Part shown: positions 36,379-46,454 of the stretch, piece after piece | Layout: every line of letters begins with the position of its first letter | How positions within the stretch are numbered: position 1 is the stretch's first letter | Assembly (NCBI GenBank): GCA_004557245.1 | Contig: SFEL01000011.1 | Coordinates: 6,356-70,355 of the forward strand | Origin: Clostridiales bacterium | GTDB taxonomy: Bacteria > Bacillota > Clostridia > Christensenellales > CAG-138 | DNA length: 64,000 nt | Direction: 5' to 3' | Made by a program: the position numbers and the translations under genes | The notes under the pieces: model-generated | What the model was told of the DNA's origin: nothing | The model's database searches: none | What the model saw: the letters and a program-made list of their open reading frames with translations, nothing else

Positions 36379-37332
36379 TTACTTCAGCAGCTTATCCATC
36401 AGGCTGAATATGTTCTTGTAGGCCACTTTTTCTATATCTTCCTGTGAGTAACCCAGTTTTTCAAGCTCGTCTATGAAGCTCTGGCATTCGGAGTGGTTGT
36501 GTATGCCGGGGGTGTCGTCGTCAAAGCCGCCGCCAAGATTAAGATAGCCGCAGAAGTCGAATCCGCAGCATACATGGTCTATGCCCACAAGGTTGGCTAT
36601 GTAGTCCGCATGCCTGGCGAGCAGAGCTACAGAAGGCTCCTTTTCGTCTATGAAGGAGCCGCATATGTTCATGCCTACCACGCCGCCGCGCTCAGCTAAA
36701 GCTTTTAGCTGGCCGTCCTTCAGATTGCGCCTTGAGGGGCATAGGGAGTATGCGTTGGAATGCGAGGCAATGAAGGGCCTTTCCGTGGCGTCGACTATGT
36801 CCCAGAAGGTCTTTTCGCTGGCATGGGAAACGTCGACTATCATGCCCAGACTTTCCATCTCCCGTACAGCGGCGCGGCCAAGCCCGGTAAGGCCATCCCC
36901 CGGGCCTTCATGCAGAGCGCCCGCCGCGAAGGCATTGTCTCCGTTCCAGGTGAGCATACCGTGGCGAAAGCCCAGATGGTACATCATATGTATATAGTCC
37001 ATATCTCCCTTGAAACCGTCAAAGCCCTCGATGCCCAGCATCACGGCGGTTTTGCCGGAGGCCGCTATATCCCGTATCTCCCGGGTGTTTTTGGCGATAC
37101 CGAGGCTATCTGAGCACTTGTCAAACTCCGCAAAGGAGGCGGCGAGCGTTTCAAACATCGTCTTTTGAGGGTCTCCCAGATCCGGGTCTATCCAGAGGGC
37201 ATATATGAGGCCGAGCACCTCGCCCTTTTTATAGAGAGGCAGGTGATAGCGCCTTAGTATATCGGATTCGCCGGCAAATTTCTTGTTGCGGATATCCGCC
37301 ATGGCGTCGGAGTGGCAATCGAACAGCTTCAT
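36379..37332 (-). CDS. membrane-dipeptidase family (M19) dipeptidase
   Basis: FDCHSD, DVSHASEKTFWD and ASHSNA motifs. The ATG lies 9 nt after AAGGAAGG. Confidence 0.8.
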   Translation of the reverse strand: MKLFDCHSDAMADIRNKKFAGESDILRRYHLPLYKKGEVLGLIYALWIDPDLGDPQKTMFETLAASFAEFDKCSDSLGIAKNTREIRDIAASGKTAVMLGIEGFDGFKGDMDYIHMMYHLGFRHGMLTWNGDNAFAAGALHEGPGDGLTGLGRAAVREMESLGMIVDVSHASEKTFWDIVDATERPFIASHSNAYSLCPSRRNLKDGQLKALAERGGVVGMNICGSFIDEKEPSVALLARHADYIANLVGIDHVCCGFDFCGYLNLGGGFDDDTPGIHNHSECQSFIDELEKLGYSQEDIEKVAYKNIFSLMDKLLK

Positions 37333-37351
37333 AAAATGCAACCTTCCTTTA

Positions 37352-38695
37352 TCATTTAATGTGGTACAGCCACTTTACCCTGCGGTAATAGAAGAAGAAC
37401 GCTATGTCCGTCACTATCCAGGATATGGGATACGCGAGGCATACGTTGAGCATGGTTGGGTGGGCGTTGTACACGGTGACTATCCATACTATCCTCAGCA
37501 GGCACACTCCAACACCTATTATTATTACTGGGACTATTGCGTCGCCTATGCCGCGAAGAACTCCTGAAATTATTTCTATGTACGTCCAGGTGAAGTACAG
37601 AGGCACCATGTAGAGCATCATCTGCCAGGTCTGGGTGAGAACCTCTGCATCGTCGGTGAATACCGGCAGCACGAACCTGCCGAGGCCTAAAAGGGCGGCG
37701 CTGAACAGCAGCGTTACGCCCATGAACATCTTCAGGCTGAGCTTTTCGCAGCTGTGCACACGATCCATATGTCCCGCTCCGTAGTTCTGTGCGGCGAAGT
37801 TCATTACAGCTATGCCGGCAGCATTGCTGCATGCCCAATAAAATCCGTCCAGCTTGCCTGTGAGGGACCATGCGGCTACAGTAGCGGTGCCCAGAAGGTT
37901 CACGGCCACCTGGATTATCATGTTGGAAATGGCATACATTGAGGACTGGAGCCCTGCGGGTATGCCTATGCGCAGCATACGGCCCAGAAGATAACGGTCG
38001 ATGCATATGCCCTTTATGGTTATGCGGTATGCTTCACTGCTTCGCATTAGCTTAACGGTAGCCAGCGCTGCGCTCATTATCTGGGAGGCGATTGTGGCTA
38101 TGGCCGCGCCGGCTACCCCCATCTTGAGGACTGCTACCAGCAGCAGGTCGAGGAATATGTTGATCATGCAGCAGATGAAGAGGTATATGAAGGGGCTCTT
38201 TGAATCGCCTACTGCGCGGAGCACACCCGCCTCTATATTATACAGCAGCTGGGCGGTAACGCCGAGAAAAACTATGCGAAGGTATGTTGTGGCTTCAGGT
38301 ATGGTATTTTCCGGAGACTGCAATATGCGCAGAAAAAACGGCGTGAAGACAAGTCCGAATATAGTCAGCGCTATGCCGGATATTATACAGAAAGCTACCG
38401 CGGTGCCCGTGGCTTTGTGTATGGACTCATCATCCTTTGCGCCGAAAAGCTGCGCTATGACTACGGCAGAGCCGCCGGAGAGCGCCACAAAGAAGCCTAT
38501 GAGCAGGTTGGTTATATGGGCGGCGCTTCCGCCTACAGCGGCCAGTGCAACCGTGCCTGCGAATTTGCCTACGACTATGGCATCGGCAGCATTATAAAGC
38601 TGTTGAAACAGGGTTCCCGCGGCGATGGGCAGAAAATAAATTATAAGCTTTTTGCCGATACTTCCTTCGGTAAGGTCATTTTTAACGTTATTCAT
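37352..38695 (-). CDS. MATE family efflux transporter
   Basis: ATG 38693-38695. 12-TM pattern and N-terminal FLPIAAGTLFQQLYNAADAIVVG. Confidence 0.8.
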   Translation of the reverse strand: MNNVKNDLTEGSIGKKLIIYFLPIAAGTLFQQLYNAADAIVVGKFAGTVALAAVGGSAAHITNLLIGFFVALSGGSAVVIAQLFGAKDDESIHKATGTAVAFCIISGIALTIFGLVFTPFFLRILQSPENTIPEATTYLRIVFLGVTAQLLYNIEAGVLRAVGDSKSPFIYLFICCMINIFLDLLLVAVLKMGVAGAAIATIASQIMSAALATVKLMRSSEAYRITIKGICIDRYLLGRMLRIGIPAGLQSSMYAISNMIIQVAVNLLGTATVAAWSLTGKLDGFYWACSNAAGIAVMNFAAQNYGAGHMDRVHSCEKLSLKMFMGVTLLFSAALLGLGRFVLPVFTDDAEVLTQTWQMMLYMVPLYFTWTYIEIISGVLRGIGDAIVPVIIIGVGVCLLRIVWIVTVYNAHPTMLNVCLAYPISWIVTDIAFFFYYRRVKWLYHIK

Positions 38696-39030
38696 TTCGA
38701 TAAACCTCACAAATAAGCCAAAATGGCAAAATAAAGCATACATCAGGAGCAGGGCAAAAACAACTGATTTTTATGTATGATTTCAATATTTACATTTGGA
38801 TAACAAAAGTATTGGCAGTGGATGCGTATGAGGGCGGCAAATGGCGGCGGGGCATAGGACTGCGCTGCGGTGGTCGTGAAAACGTCATTACCACCAATTA
38901 TGAAACCCTATAGCTTTTCCGCTCAAATGACCGTTTTGTAGACTAAAAAAATTAAACATGAGGTAAAACTTGCCTAAATATATGAAAAACATATAAGAAT
39001 TATTAAATACACACAGTTTTGATATTTGTA

Positions 39031-39059
39031 TTGACAATAGCTGCGTGGAGCTTTATAAT
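39031..39059 (+). promoter_or_regulatory. consensus sigma-A promoter of the sugar/aldonate operon
   Basis: TTGACA (39031-39036), 17-nt spacer, TATAAT (39054-39059). It lies about 230 nt upstream of the SBP start. Confidence 0.65.
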
Positions 39060-39292
39060 TCAATTCATAGGCATAAGTGCGCAAAATGTGACATATGACG
39101 TATGACGTATGATGTATTGGAGAAAGTTTGACTGTCGCATATAAATCTAAAAATCAATTATATTAAAACAAAATCTTTATCCAGAACGTTATCCCAACAA
39201 CAAACATTGCGATGGCTTCCTAAAGGCGTTTGACCATGCTCTGAAACACGGGCAGGTAAACATAAAAAACAAAAATTCAAGGAGGAACCACA

Positions 39293-40645
39293 ATGAAAAA
39301 AGCTCTGTCCCTGATACTGTGCCTCGTAATGGTACTGTCTCTGGCAGCCTGCGCAGCCCCCGCGGCGGAGGAAACGACCACCCCCGCCGGGACCGGTGAG
39401 ACCGCGGCGCCCACGGAAGAAGCGGTCGATAAGCCCTTTGAAGGCCAGACTATCCGTGTAATTCTGGCAAGCCACGACTGGACCACCGCTATCGAGAGCA
39501 AGCTTTCAGAGTTCACCGACAAGACCGGCATCAAGCTGGAGTTCGAAGTCTATCCCGAGGATCAGCTGAGCACCAAGCTTAACGTTGAACTGGCTTCCGG
39601 CGGTACCTACATCGATGTTTTCATGTGCCGCCCTCTTCAGGAGGTACAGCAGTTCATACAGAACGGCTACCTTGCTGACATCTCCGAAGTCCGCGCAGAT
39701 CCCGAATTCCAGGCTGACGACTTTATCGCCGCCGCCGCTGACAGCTATCTCCGCTCCGGCGCTACAGATGGCGTATACTATGGCGTTCCCCTTGTAACCG
39801 AGCGTCAGGTGCTCTTTTACAGGAAGGATCTGCTGGAGGCCAAGGGAGTAGCGGTTCCCACCAACCTCGATGAGCTTATGTCCGCTGCTGCCGCTCTCCA
39901 CGATCCTGCAAACGGCGTGGTAGGCTTCGTAGGCCGCGGCCTTGCAAATGCTGCCGTTACCCAGTTCTCTGCATATCTGTATGCCTTCGGCGGTGACTTC
40001 ATCGACTTTACCAACAACACCGCTATAATCAACACCCCCGAAGCCGTCAAGGCATTCACATACTATGGCGATCTGCTCCGCAACTACGGCCCCGAGGGCG
40101 TGCTGAACATGCACTGGCAGCAGGCTGCCGCCATCTATTCTACAGGCGGAGCCGCCTTCTGCACTGATGCCGACGCTATCTGGCAGTCCTTCTCTGGCCC
40201 GGATACAGACGTATACGAGAATGCCGGCTTTGCCGTAAGTCCTAACAACTCTACCTGGAACATCTGCTCTTGGGGGCTGGCTATATCTGCCGGCAGCCCC
40301 AACAAGGCAGCTGCCGAGGAGTTCATGAAGTGGGCCGCTGGCGTCGAGATGACCAAGTACATCCAGACCTCCGGCATATCCTCTGCACGTAACTCCGCTT
40401 GGGAAGATCCCGCCTGCACCGCCAACTATCCCGAGGAACTGCTGGCTGCCATACAGAAGGGCAATGAAATCGCCACCAAGTCCTATGACCGTCCTCTGAC
40501 CACCTCTGTTTCCAAGGCACGTGACGTCATTGGCACCGTAATAACTACCGCCATTGAGGGCGGCGACGTACAGGCCGCTGCCGACAAGGCGAATGTAGAA
40601 TTTCAGGCGATTCTGGACGCGGATAAAGCCGCTGCCCAGGGTTAA
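39293..40645 (+). CDS. carbohydrate ABC transporter substrate-binding lipoprotein (family 1)
   Basis: 450-aa ORF after AAGGAGGA with lipobox LSLAAC. Confidence 0.8.
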   Translation: MKKALSLILCLVMVLSLAACAAPAAEETTTPAGTGETAAPTEEAVDKPFEGQTIRVILASHDWTTAIESKLSEFTDKTGIKLEFEVYPEDQLSTKLNVELASGGTYIDVFMCRPLQEVQQFIQNGYLADISEVRADPEFQADDFIAAAADSYLRSGATDGVYYGVPLVTERQVLFYRKDLLEAKGVAVPTNLDELMSAAAALHDPANGVVGFVGRGLANAAVTQFSAYLYAFGGDFIDFTNNTAIINTPEAVKAFTYYGDLLRNYGPEGVLNMHWQQAAAIYSTGGAAFCTDADAIWQSFSGPDTDVYENAGFAVSPNNSTWNICSWGLAISAGSPNKAAAEEFMKWAAGVEMTKYIQTSGISSARNSAWEDPACTANYPEELLAAIQKGNEIATKSYDRPLTTSVSKARDVIGTVITTAIEGGDVQAAADKANVEFQAILDADKAAAQG

Positions 40646-40661
40646 AGCCGAATAGTATCTA

Positions 40662-40694
40662 TGGAGGCGAGGCTTCCCGCCACGCCTCCATTTT
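40662..40694 (+). terminator. intra-operon stem-loop after the SBP gene
   Basis: TGGAGGCG / CGCCTCCA stem followed by TTTTCC. Confidence 0.5.
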
Positions 40695-40803
40695 CCGATT
40701 TTACAGTCATTGAAAAATCTTACCGTAACAAACTTATTGAGCTGTATTCCACCGCGTACCGCAGTGATGTGAACCAATCAAGAAATTCAGAGAGTAGGCG
40801 CCT

Positions 40804-41685
40804 ATGGGAAAATGGTTTGAAAAACACCTTAGATCTGTATTCTTACTGCCGTGCATCATTTTCATAATAATAATGATAATCGCACCGCTGTTATATAACT
40901 TTATAATGAGCTTTACGGACTGGTCCATGTCTATAGTAAAGGCACCACAGTTCGTGGGTTTAAAAAACTATATCGAGGTATTCGGTGAAAAGCGCTTCAC
41001 CAATTCCGTATGGCATACCATAGTGTTTGCCGTTATAGCAATAACGCTGGAGACGCTGCTTGGCGTTGCCCTTGCAATACTCATAAACAGAAAGTTCCAC
41101 GGCCGCCGCGTCGTGCAGGCGCTCATGCTGCTGCCAGTAGTAGCTACCCCTGTGGCTTTAGGCATGGCGTGGAAGCTGATACTTGAGCCTACCATAGGCT
41201 TTGCCAATACCGTGGTGAAATTCCTCGGCATGGCACCGCAAAAATTCCTCGCTACGACCAGCTTTGAGTCCATGTTCACGCTCATACTCATCGATGTATG
41301 GGAGTGGACGCCCATGGTCATGCTAATGGTCTACGCAGGGCTTATGACAATACCTCAGGAGCCTTACGAATCCGCTCTTGTGGACGGTGCTACGCCCTGG
41401 CAGACGCTTACTAAGATCACATTGCCTCTTGCGAGCCCCGCGATACTCGTAGCGGTGCTGATGAGACTTATAGACGTGGTAAAGACCTTCGATATCATAT
41501 ACGCCACGACCCAGGGCGGCCCAGACTTTGCCACGGAAAATATAAATATATACGGCTATTTGAACATGTTTTCGTATTATGAATTCGGCAAGGCAGCCGC
41601 CATATCCGTGCTGTTCTTTATAGTGGTAATGGCCATAGGCTGCGGCTTCCTCAAGGTAAAATCAAAGCTGGAGGTGGAGTACTGA
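40804..41685 (+). CDS. carbohydrate ABC transporter permease
   Basis: 293-aa membrane ORF of the MalF/UgpA type. Confidence 0.8.
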   Translation: MGKWFEKHLRSVFLLPCIIFIIIMIIAPLLYNFIMSFTDWSMSIVKAPQFVGLKNYIEVFGEKRFTNSVWHTIVFAVIAITLETLLGVALAILINRKFHGRRVVQALMLLPVVATPVALGMAWKLILEPTIGFANTVVKFLGMAPQKFLATTSFESMFTLILIDVWEWTPMVMLMVYAGLMTIPQEPYESALVDGATPWQTLTKITLPLASPAILVAVLMRLIDVVKTFDIIYATTQGGPDFATENINIYGYLNMFSYYEFGKAAAISVLFFIVVMAIGCGFLKVKSKLEVEY

Positions 41686-42512
41686 TGTCGAAAAAGAATA
41701 AGCTGCTGTTCAACTCCATAGGCAAGCATTTTTTGATATACATTGCCCTGTTTCTCGCGGTATTTCCCATATTTTGGATGTTCCTTTCCTCCTTCCAGCC
41801 GAACCAGACCATAATCAATGCCAACAGGGGTATATTTGACTTTGTGCCTACGTTGGAAAACTACATAAACGTCATTAAAAAATACGATTTCTTAAAGTAT
41901 TCCTGGAACAGCTTCGTGGTGGCGGCGCTGGCTACGGTGTTCTCGCTTATAATCGGACTGCCATGCGCATACGTCGTGGCCCGCTTCAAGCTGCGAAAGG
42001 CCAGCATGATAGTGCTGCTGGTGCGAATGATACCCGGCATATCCTTTCTGCTGCCATGGTTCAGCATATTTGCGAGGATGGGCCTTAGGGATACCTATAC
42101 CGCGCTGATACTCACCCATATGCTGGTGGCGCTGCCGTTTATAGTTTGGATAATGATCCCCAACTTCGAGAGCATACCCATGGAATTGCAGGAGGCGGCC
42201 TGGATAGACGGCTGCACTCAGTATGGCGCATTCTGGCGCATAGTGCTGAGGCTGTCCATACCTGGCATATTCACCGCGTCGCTGCTGGCATTTATATTCT
42301 CCTGGAACAACTTCATGTTCTCCTTGATACTGGCGGGCAGGAACACGCTAACGCTGCCGGTGGCCATATTCAATTTCGTATCTTACGCGTATGTGGACTG
42401 GGGCGGACTTATGGCGGGCGCGACCATAATCACGCTGCCAATAGTGCTGCTGTCCCTCTGCCTGCAAAAGTATATAATAAGCGGCCTTACGGCCGGCGCT
42501 GTGAAGGGTTAA
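41685..42512 (+). CDS. carbohydrate ABC transporter permease
   Basis: 275-aa membrane ORF of the MalG/UgpE type. The start overlaps the previous stop. Confidence 0.8.
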   Translation: MSKKNKLLFNSIGKHFLIYIALFLAVFPIFWMFLSSFQPNQTIINANRGIFDFVPTLENYINVIKKYDFLKYSWNSFVVAALATVFSLIIGLPCAYVVARFKLRKASMIVLLVRMIPGISFLLPWFSIFARMGLRDTYTALILTHMLVALPFIVWIMIPNFESIPMELQEAAWIDGCTQYGAFWRIVLRLSIPGIFTASLLAFIFSWNNFMFSLILAGRNTLTLPVAIFNFVSYAYVDWGGLMAGATIITLPIVLLSLCLQKYIISGLTAGAVKG

Positions 42513-42521
42513 ACGGAGATT

Positions 42522-43190
42522 ATGACAAAGAAAGCGAGTAATGGAAAATACGGGCAAAGAGGATACTTTGACCTGCTCTTTTCAAACTTCTTTCGCTTGA
42601 TATGTCTCAACCTGCTCACAGTTTTGTGCTGCCTGCCGGCGGTGACCATACCCGCGGCGGCATCTGCCGCGTGCCGGTCGCTGAACACGCTGATAATGGG
42701 CAATCCCTGCTACTTCTGGCAGGAATACTGGAAGGAGTTCATGCAGAAGTTTCCGCAAAAGCTTGGCGCATGGCTGATAGCTGTGCTGCTGCCCGTGTCG
42801 GTCGGCCTGTGGATAAGAATGCTGGGCGGGAGCGGCAAAGTCTCAGAATGGGCGTTTACGGTGTTCTTTGCGCTGTCGGCAATCGTGCAGTGCTACTTTT
42901 TTCCAATGACAGCCACTGTAGAGCTGCCGGTAACGGCGTGCGTGAAAAATGCCTTGCTGCTTACGGTGCTGGAATGGAAGAACAGCCTTATCATGCTGTT
43001 GGTGCTGTTGGCGCTGGGTTTCGTGGTGTATAACCTTTATCCATACAGCATAGCGGCTGTGACGCTGATACTGGTAAGTGCTGCGCTGCTGTTTACCTGC
43101 CGCCGCAGCATAGCGGCCTTTGAGAAAAACGGTCTGCTCATCAAAAACGATAAAACAGAAAATAACCAAATCATCAAGGAGACGCAATAA
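42522..43190 (+). CDS. YesL family (DUF624) membrane protein
   Basis: 222-aa ORF. N-terminal YFDLLFSNFFRLICLNLLTVLCCLPAVTIPAA is typical of DUF624. Confidence 0.65.
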   Translation: MTKKASNGKYGQRGYFDLLFSNFFRLICLNLLTVLCCLPAVTIPAAASAACRSLNTLIMGNPCYFWQEYWKEFMQKFPQKLGAWLIAVLLPVSVGLWIRMLGGSGKVSEWAFTVFFALSAIVQCYFFPMTATVELPVTACVKNALLLTVLEWKNSLIMLLVLLALGFVVYNLYPYSIAAVTLILVSAALLFTCRRSIAAFEKNGLLIKNDKTENNQIIKETQ

Positions 43191-43193
43191 AAA

Positions 43194-44222
43194 ATGAAGG
43201 CGCTGGTAATGCACGAATACAACAAGCTCACGTATCAGGACGTTGAGACTCCTTTACCCAGGGCAGGGGAGGTGCAGATAAAGCTCATGGCCTGTTCGGT
43301 ATGCGGAAGCGACGTTCACGGATTTGACGGAAGTTCCGGACGAAGGATACCTCCGATCATAATGGGGCATGAGGCTGCGGGCGTGATATCCGCGCTGGGC
43401 GATGGGGTAAAGGGATACAATATAGGAGACAGAGTTACCTTCGATTCTACCGTATACTGCAATAAGTGCGATGCCTGCAAGCGGGGCGATGTGAACCTAT
43501 GCGCGGACAGGCAGGTACTGGGAGTGTCCTGCGGCGATTACCGCCGCGACGGCTGCTTCGCGGAATACGTTACTGTGCCGGAATACATACTCTACAGGAT
43601 ACCGGAAAACGTTACATTCGTTCAGGCCTCTATGACCGAACCGCTTTCCATAGCCATGCACGCGGCCACCCGAACAAAGATAACCGCTGAGGACACTGTA
43701 GCGGTAATAGGCGTGGGCACAATAGGCATGCTCATACTTCAGGTAGTGAAGAGCTTCGGGGCGAAGCGCATAATCGCACTGGATATAGACGACGGGCGGC
43801 TGGAGTTCGCCAAGAAAAACGGCGCTGCGGATATCATAAACTCAAAGGCCCCGGACGCTGCACAGCGGCTTGCGGAAATCGCACCTACAGTGGCCATAGA
43901 CGCTACGGGCATACCTGCTACATTCGACATGTGCGTAAAGTCTGTGGCGCTGGGTGGCAGGGTGGTAATGGTGGGCAACCTTGCCCAGCATGTGGATTTT
44001 CCGCTGCAATACGCCGTCACACATCAGCTGAGTTTCTTTGGCTCCTGCGCCTCTGCAGGCGAATATCCCGCCTGTTTGAAGCTAATAGCCGAAGGCAAGG
44101 TGGATATAGACGGCATGATATCCAAGGTAGTGCCGCTTTGTGAGGGGGATTACTGGCTGAACAAGGTATACCGCAGGGAGGACGGACTTACCAAGATAGT
44201 CTTCCGCTGCAACGAGGAATAG
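43194..44222 (+). CDS. zinc-dependent polyol/aldonate dehydrogenase (MDR family; sorbitol/L-idonate 5-dehydrogenase-like)
   Basis: 342-aa ORF with CSVCGSDVHG, GHEAAG and a GVGTIG NAD site. Confidence 0.75.
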   Translation: MKALVMHEYNKLTYQDVETPLPRAGEVQIKLMACSVCGSDVHGFDGSSGRRIPPIIMGHEAAGVISALGDGVKGYNIGDRVTFDSTVYCNKCDACKRGDVNLCADRQVLGVSCGDYRRDGCFAEYVTVPEYILYRIPENVTFVQASMTEPLSIAMHAATRTKITAEDTVAVIGVGTIGMLILQVVKSFGAKRIIALDIDDGRLEFAKKNGAADIINSKAPDAAQRLAEIAPTVAIDATGIPATFDMCVKSVALGGRVVMVGNLAQHVDFPLQYAVTHQLSFFGSCASAGEYPACLKLIAEGKVDIDGMISKVVPLCEGDYWLNKVYRREDGLTKIVFRCNEE

Positions 44223-44228
44223 AGGCCT

Positions 44229-45347
44229 ATGGAAAAGATAAGGACAGCCGTTATAGGCTGCGGCAAGGTGGGCCATTTCCACGCATATGCATACCAGCAC
44301 TGCGAAAACAGCCAGCTGGTTGCCTGCCTCGGCAGGAATATGGAAAAGACCAAAGCTTTTGCCGCCCAGTACGGAATAAGGGCGTATACCGATCTTGAGA
44401 GGATGGTCAGGGAGACTGGCGTACAGGCGGTATCCATATGCACGCCTCACCCGGATCACGGGAATATAGCTGTGCGCTGCTGTGAACTGGGGCTGCACAT
44501 AGCGGTGGAAAAGCCGCTGGCCGCAAGCCTTGAGGACTGCGATGCGATGATAGCCGCAGCCAATGAGGCGGGGGTGACTGGCACCACAATATGCCAGCGC
44601 CGCTTTTACCGCCCCGCAATGCGGGTAAAGAAGGCGATAGATGATGGCAAGCTGGACAAGCCTATACTTGGCACGGTAAATATGCTGGGCTGGCGGGATA
44701 TGGCATACTACCACAGCGACCCATGGCGCGGAACATGGAAGGGCGAGGGAGGCGGTGTGCTGATAAATCAGGCCCCGCACCAGCTTGACCTGCTGCTGTG
44801 GTACATGGGTGACATAGCAGAGCTTTACGGCGTATGGGACACCCTTAACCACCCGGAACTGGAAGTTGACGACACTGCCGCCGCCATAATACGCTTCAAG
44901 AGCGGTGCCATAGGCAATATAGTCGTAAGCAATTCCCAGAACCCGGCCCTGTTCGGCAACGTCAGGGTACACGGCTCAAACGGCGCAAGCGTAGGCGTAC
45001 AGACGGACGGTGGTGCCATGTTTATAGCGGGCGTTTCGGGCATAGCTGAGCCACCGGTGAACGACCTTTGGACGGTGCATGGCGAAGAGGACATGTTGGA
45101 ACGGTACAAGGCCGAGGATAGAGCCTTCTTCAACAGCATAGACAGCATACACTACTTCCATATACGGCAGCTCGAGGACTTTCTGTCCGCCATAATCGGG
45201 AAAAGGAAGCCCCTTATAACACTTGAGGACGGCAGAAAGACGGTAGAGCTGATAACAGGCATATACAGGTCCTGCCGAGACGACATGCCGGTTAAGTTCC
45301 CGCTTGCTCCGGAGAATCGGGGCGGATTTGACGGCAGGCTGAAATAA
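44229..45347 (+). CDS. Gfo/Idh/MocA family oxidoreductase
   Basis: 372-aa ORF with the N-terminal IRTAVIGCGKVG Rossmann motif. Confidence 0.8.
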   Translation: MEKIRTAVIGCGKVGHFHAYAYQHCENSQLVACLGRNMEKTKAFAAQYGIRAYTDLERMVRETGVQAVSICTPHPDHGNIAVRCCELGLHIAVEKPLAASLEDCDAMIAAANEAGVTGTTICQRRFYRPAMRVKKAIDDGKLDKPILGTVNMLGWRDMAYYHSDPWRGTWKGEGGGVLINQAPHQLDLLLWYMGDIAELYGVWDTLNHPELEVDDTAAAIIRFKSGAIGNIVVSNSQNPALFGNVRVHGSNGASVGVQTDGGAMFIAGVSGIAEPPVNDLWTVHGEEDMLERYKAEDRAFFNSIDSIHYFHIRQLEDFLSAIIGKRKPLITLEDGRKTVELITGIYRSCRDDMPVKFPLAPENRGGFDGRLK

Positions 45348-45378
45348 CGCTTTACAACAACCCAAGGAGAAAGCATAT

Positions 45379-46437
45379 ATGAAACGTTACGCAATTATCG
45401 TTCCCTCCAGCATGGGCGTGCGCATTACCCCCAAGGACAGGCAGCCAGTGCATACTAGCCGGGAGTACTATATGCAGGCCACCAGCGCCGAAACAAACGT
45501 GGAGACGGTATCCGCGTCACTGGGACTGCCGGTAAAGGTGCTTACGAATTTTGTGGAAGGCTCTCCCATAGCCGAATTCATAAAGGCGGATCTGCGCAGC
45601 AGGAATATAGAATACGAAGGTCCCGAGATACCTCAGGGCGGCCCCTGGGGCTACCGCCATCAGTTTAACATAGCAGACTGCGGTTTCGGCCTGAGAGGCC
45701 CGAGGGTGCATAATGACAGGGCAGGCGAAGTGGGCAGGATACTGGACGCTTCCGAATTTGACCTGGAGCGAATATTCGGACAGGAGGGGGCGGAGATACT
45801 GCATATCTCCGGTCTTATCGCCGCAATGAGCGAAAAAACGGGCAAATTCTGTCTCGAGCTTGCGAGGTGTGCGAAAAAGCACGGCACAAAGATATCTTTC
45901 GACCTGAACTACCGTGCCTCATTCTGGAAGAGCCGTGAGCCGGAGCTTTCAAAGATATTTCGGGAGATAGCGTCGGTATCCGACATACTTATAGGCAACG
46001 AGGAGGATTTCCAGTTGAGCCTCGGCGTAAAGGGGCCCGAGGCGGGCGGCAGGGACATCGCAGCCAAGATGGAAAGCTTCAAGAACATGATAATCGAAGT
46101 GAAGAAGGAGTTCTCCAACGTATCCGCCTTTGCTACCACGCTGCGGGAGGTAGTCTCGGCCAACGAGCACCTCTGGGGCGCCATACTTCTCATGGAAGAC
46201 AAATGGCACATAGCGGAGCCCCGAAGCATACAGGTACTGGATCGCATAGGCGGAGGCGATGGTTTCGTGGGAGGACTGCTCTACGGCATACTCAAGGGCT
46301 GGAGCCCGGAGGATTGTCTGCATTTCGGCTGGGCTACAGGCGTGCTCGCCACGACGTCGCTCAACGACTATGCACAGCCTGCAGACGAAGAACAGGTATG
46401 GTCCATATGGAGCGGAAACGCCAGAGTTAAACGCTAA
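45379..46437 (+). CDS. PfkB family sugar-acid kinase (KdgK-like)
   Basis: 352-aa ORF with the DRIGGGDGF motif near the C-terminus. Confidence 0.75.
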   Translation: MKRYAIIVPSSMGVRITPKDRQPVHTSREYYMQATSAETNVETVSASLGLPVKVLTNFVEGSPIAEFIKADLRSRNIEYEGPEIPQGGPWGYRHQFNIADCGFGLRGPRVHNDRAGEVGRILDASEFDLERIFGQEGAEILHISGLIAAMSEKTGKFCLELARCAKKHGTKISFDLNYRASFWKSREPELSKIFREIASVSDILIGNEEDFQLSLGVKGPEAGGRDIAAKMESFKNMIIEVKKEFSNVSAFATTLREVVSANEHLWGAILLMEDKWHIAEPRSIQVLDRIGGGDGFVGGLLYGILKGWSPEDCLHFGWATGVLATTSLNDYAQPADEEQVWSIWSGNARVKR

Positions 46438-46454
46438 AATATGAGGAGAAGCAT

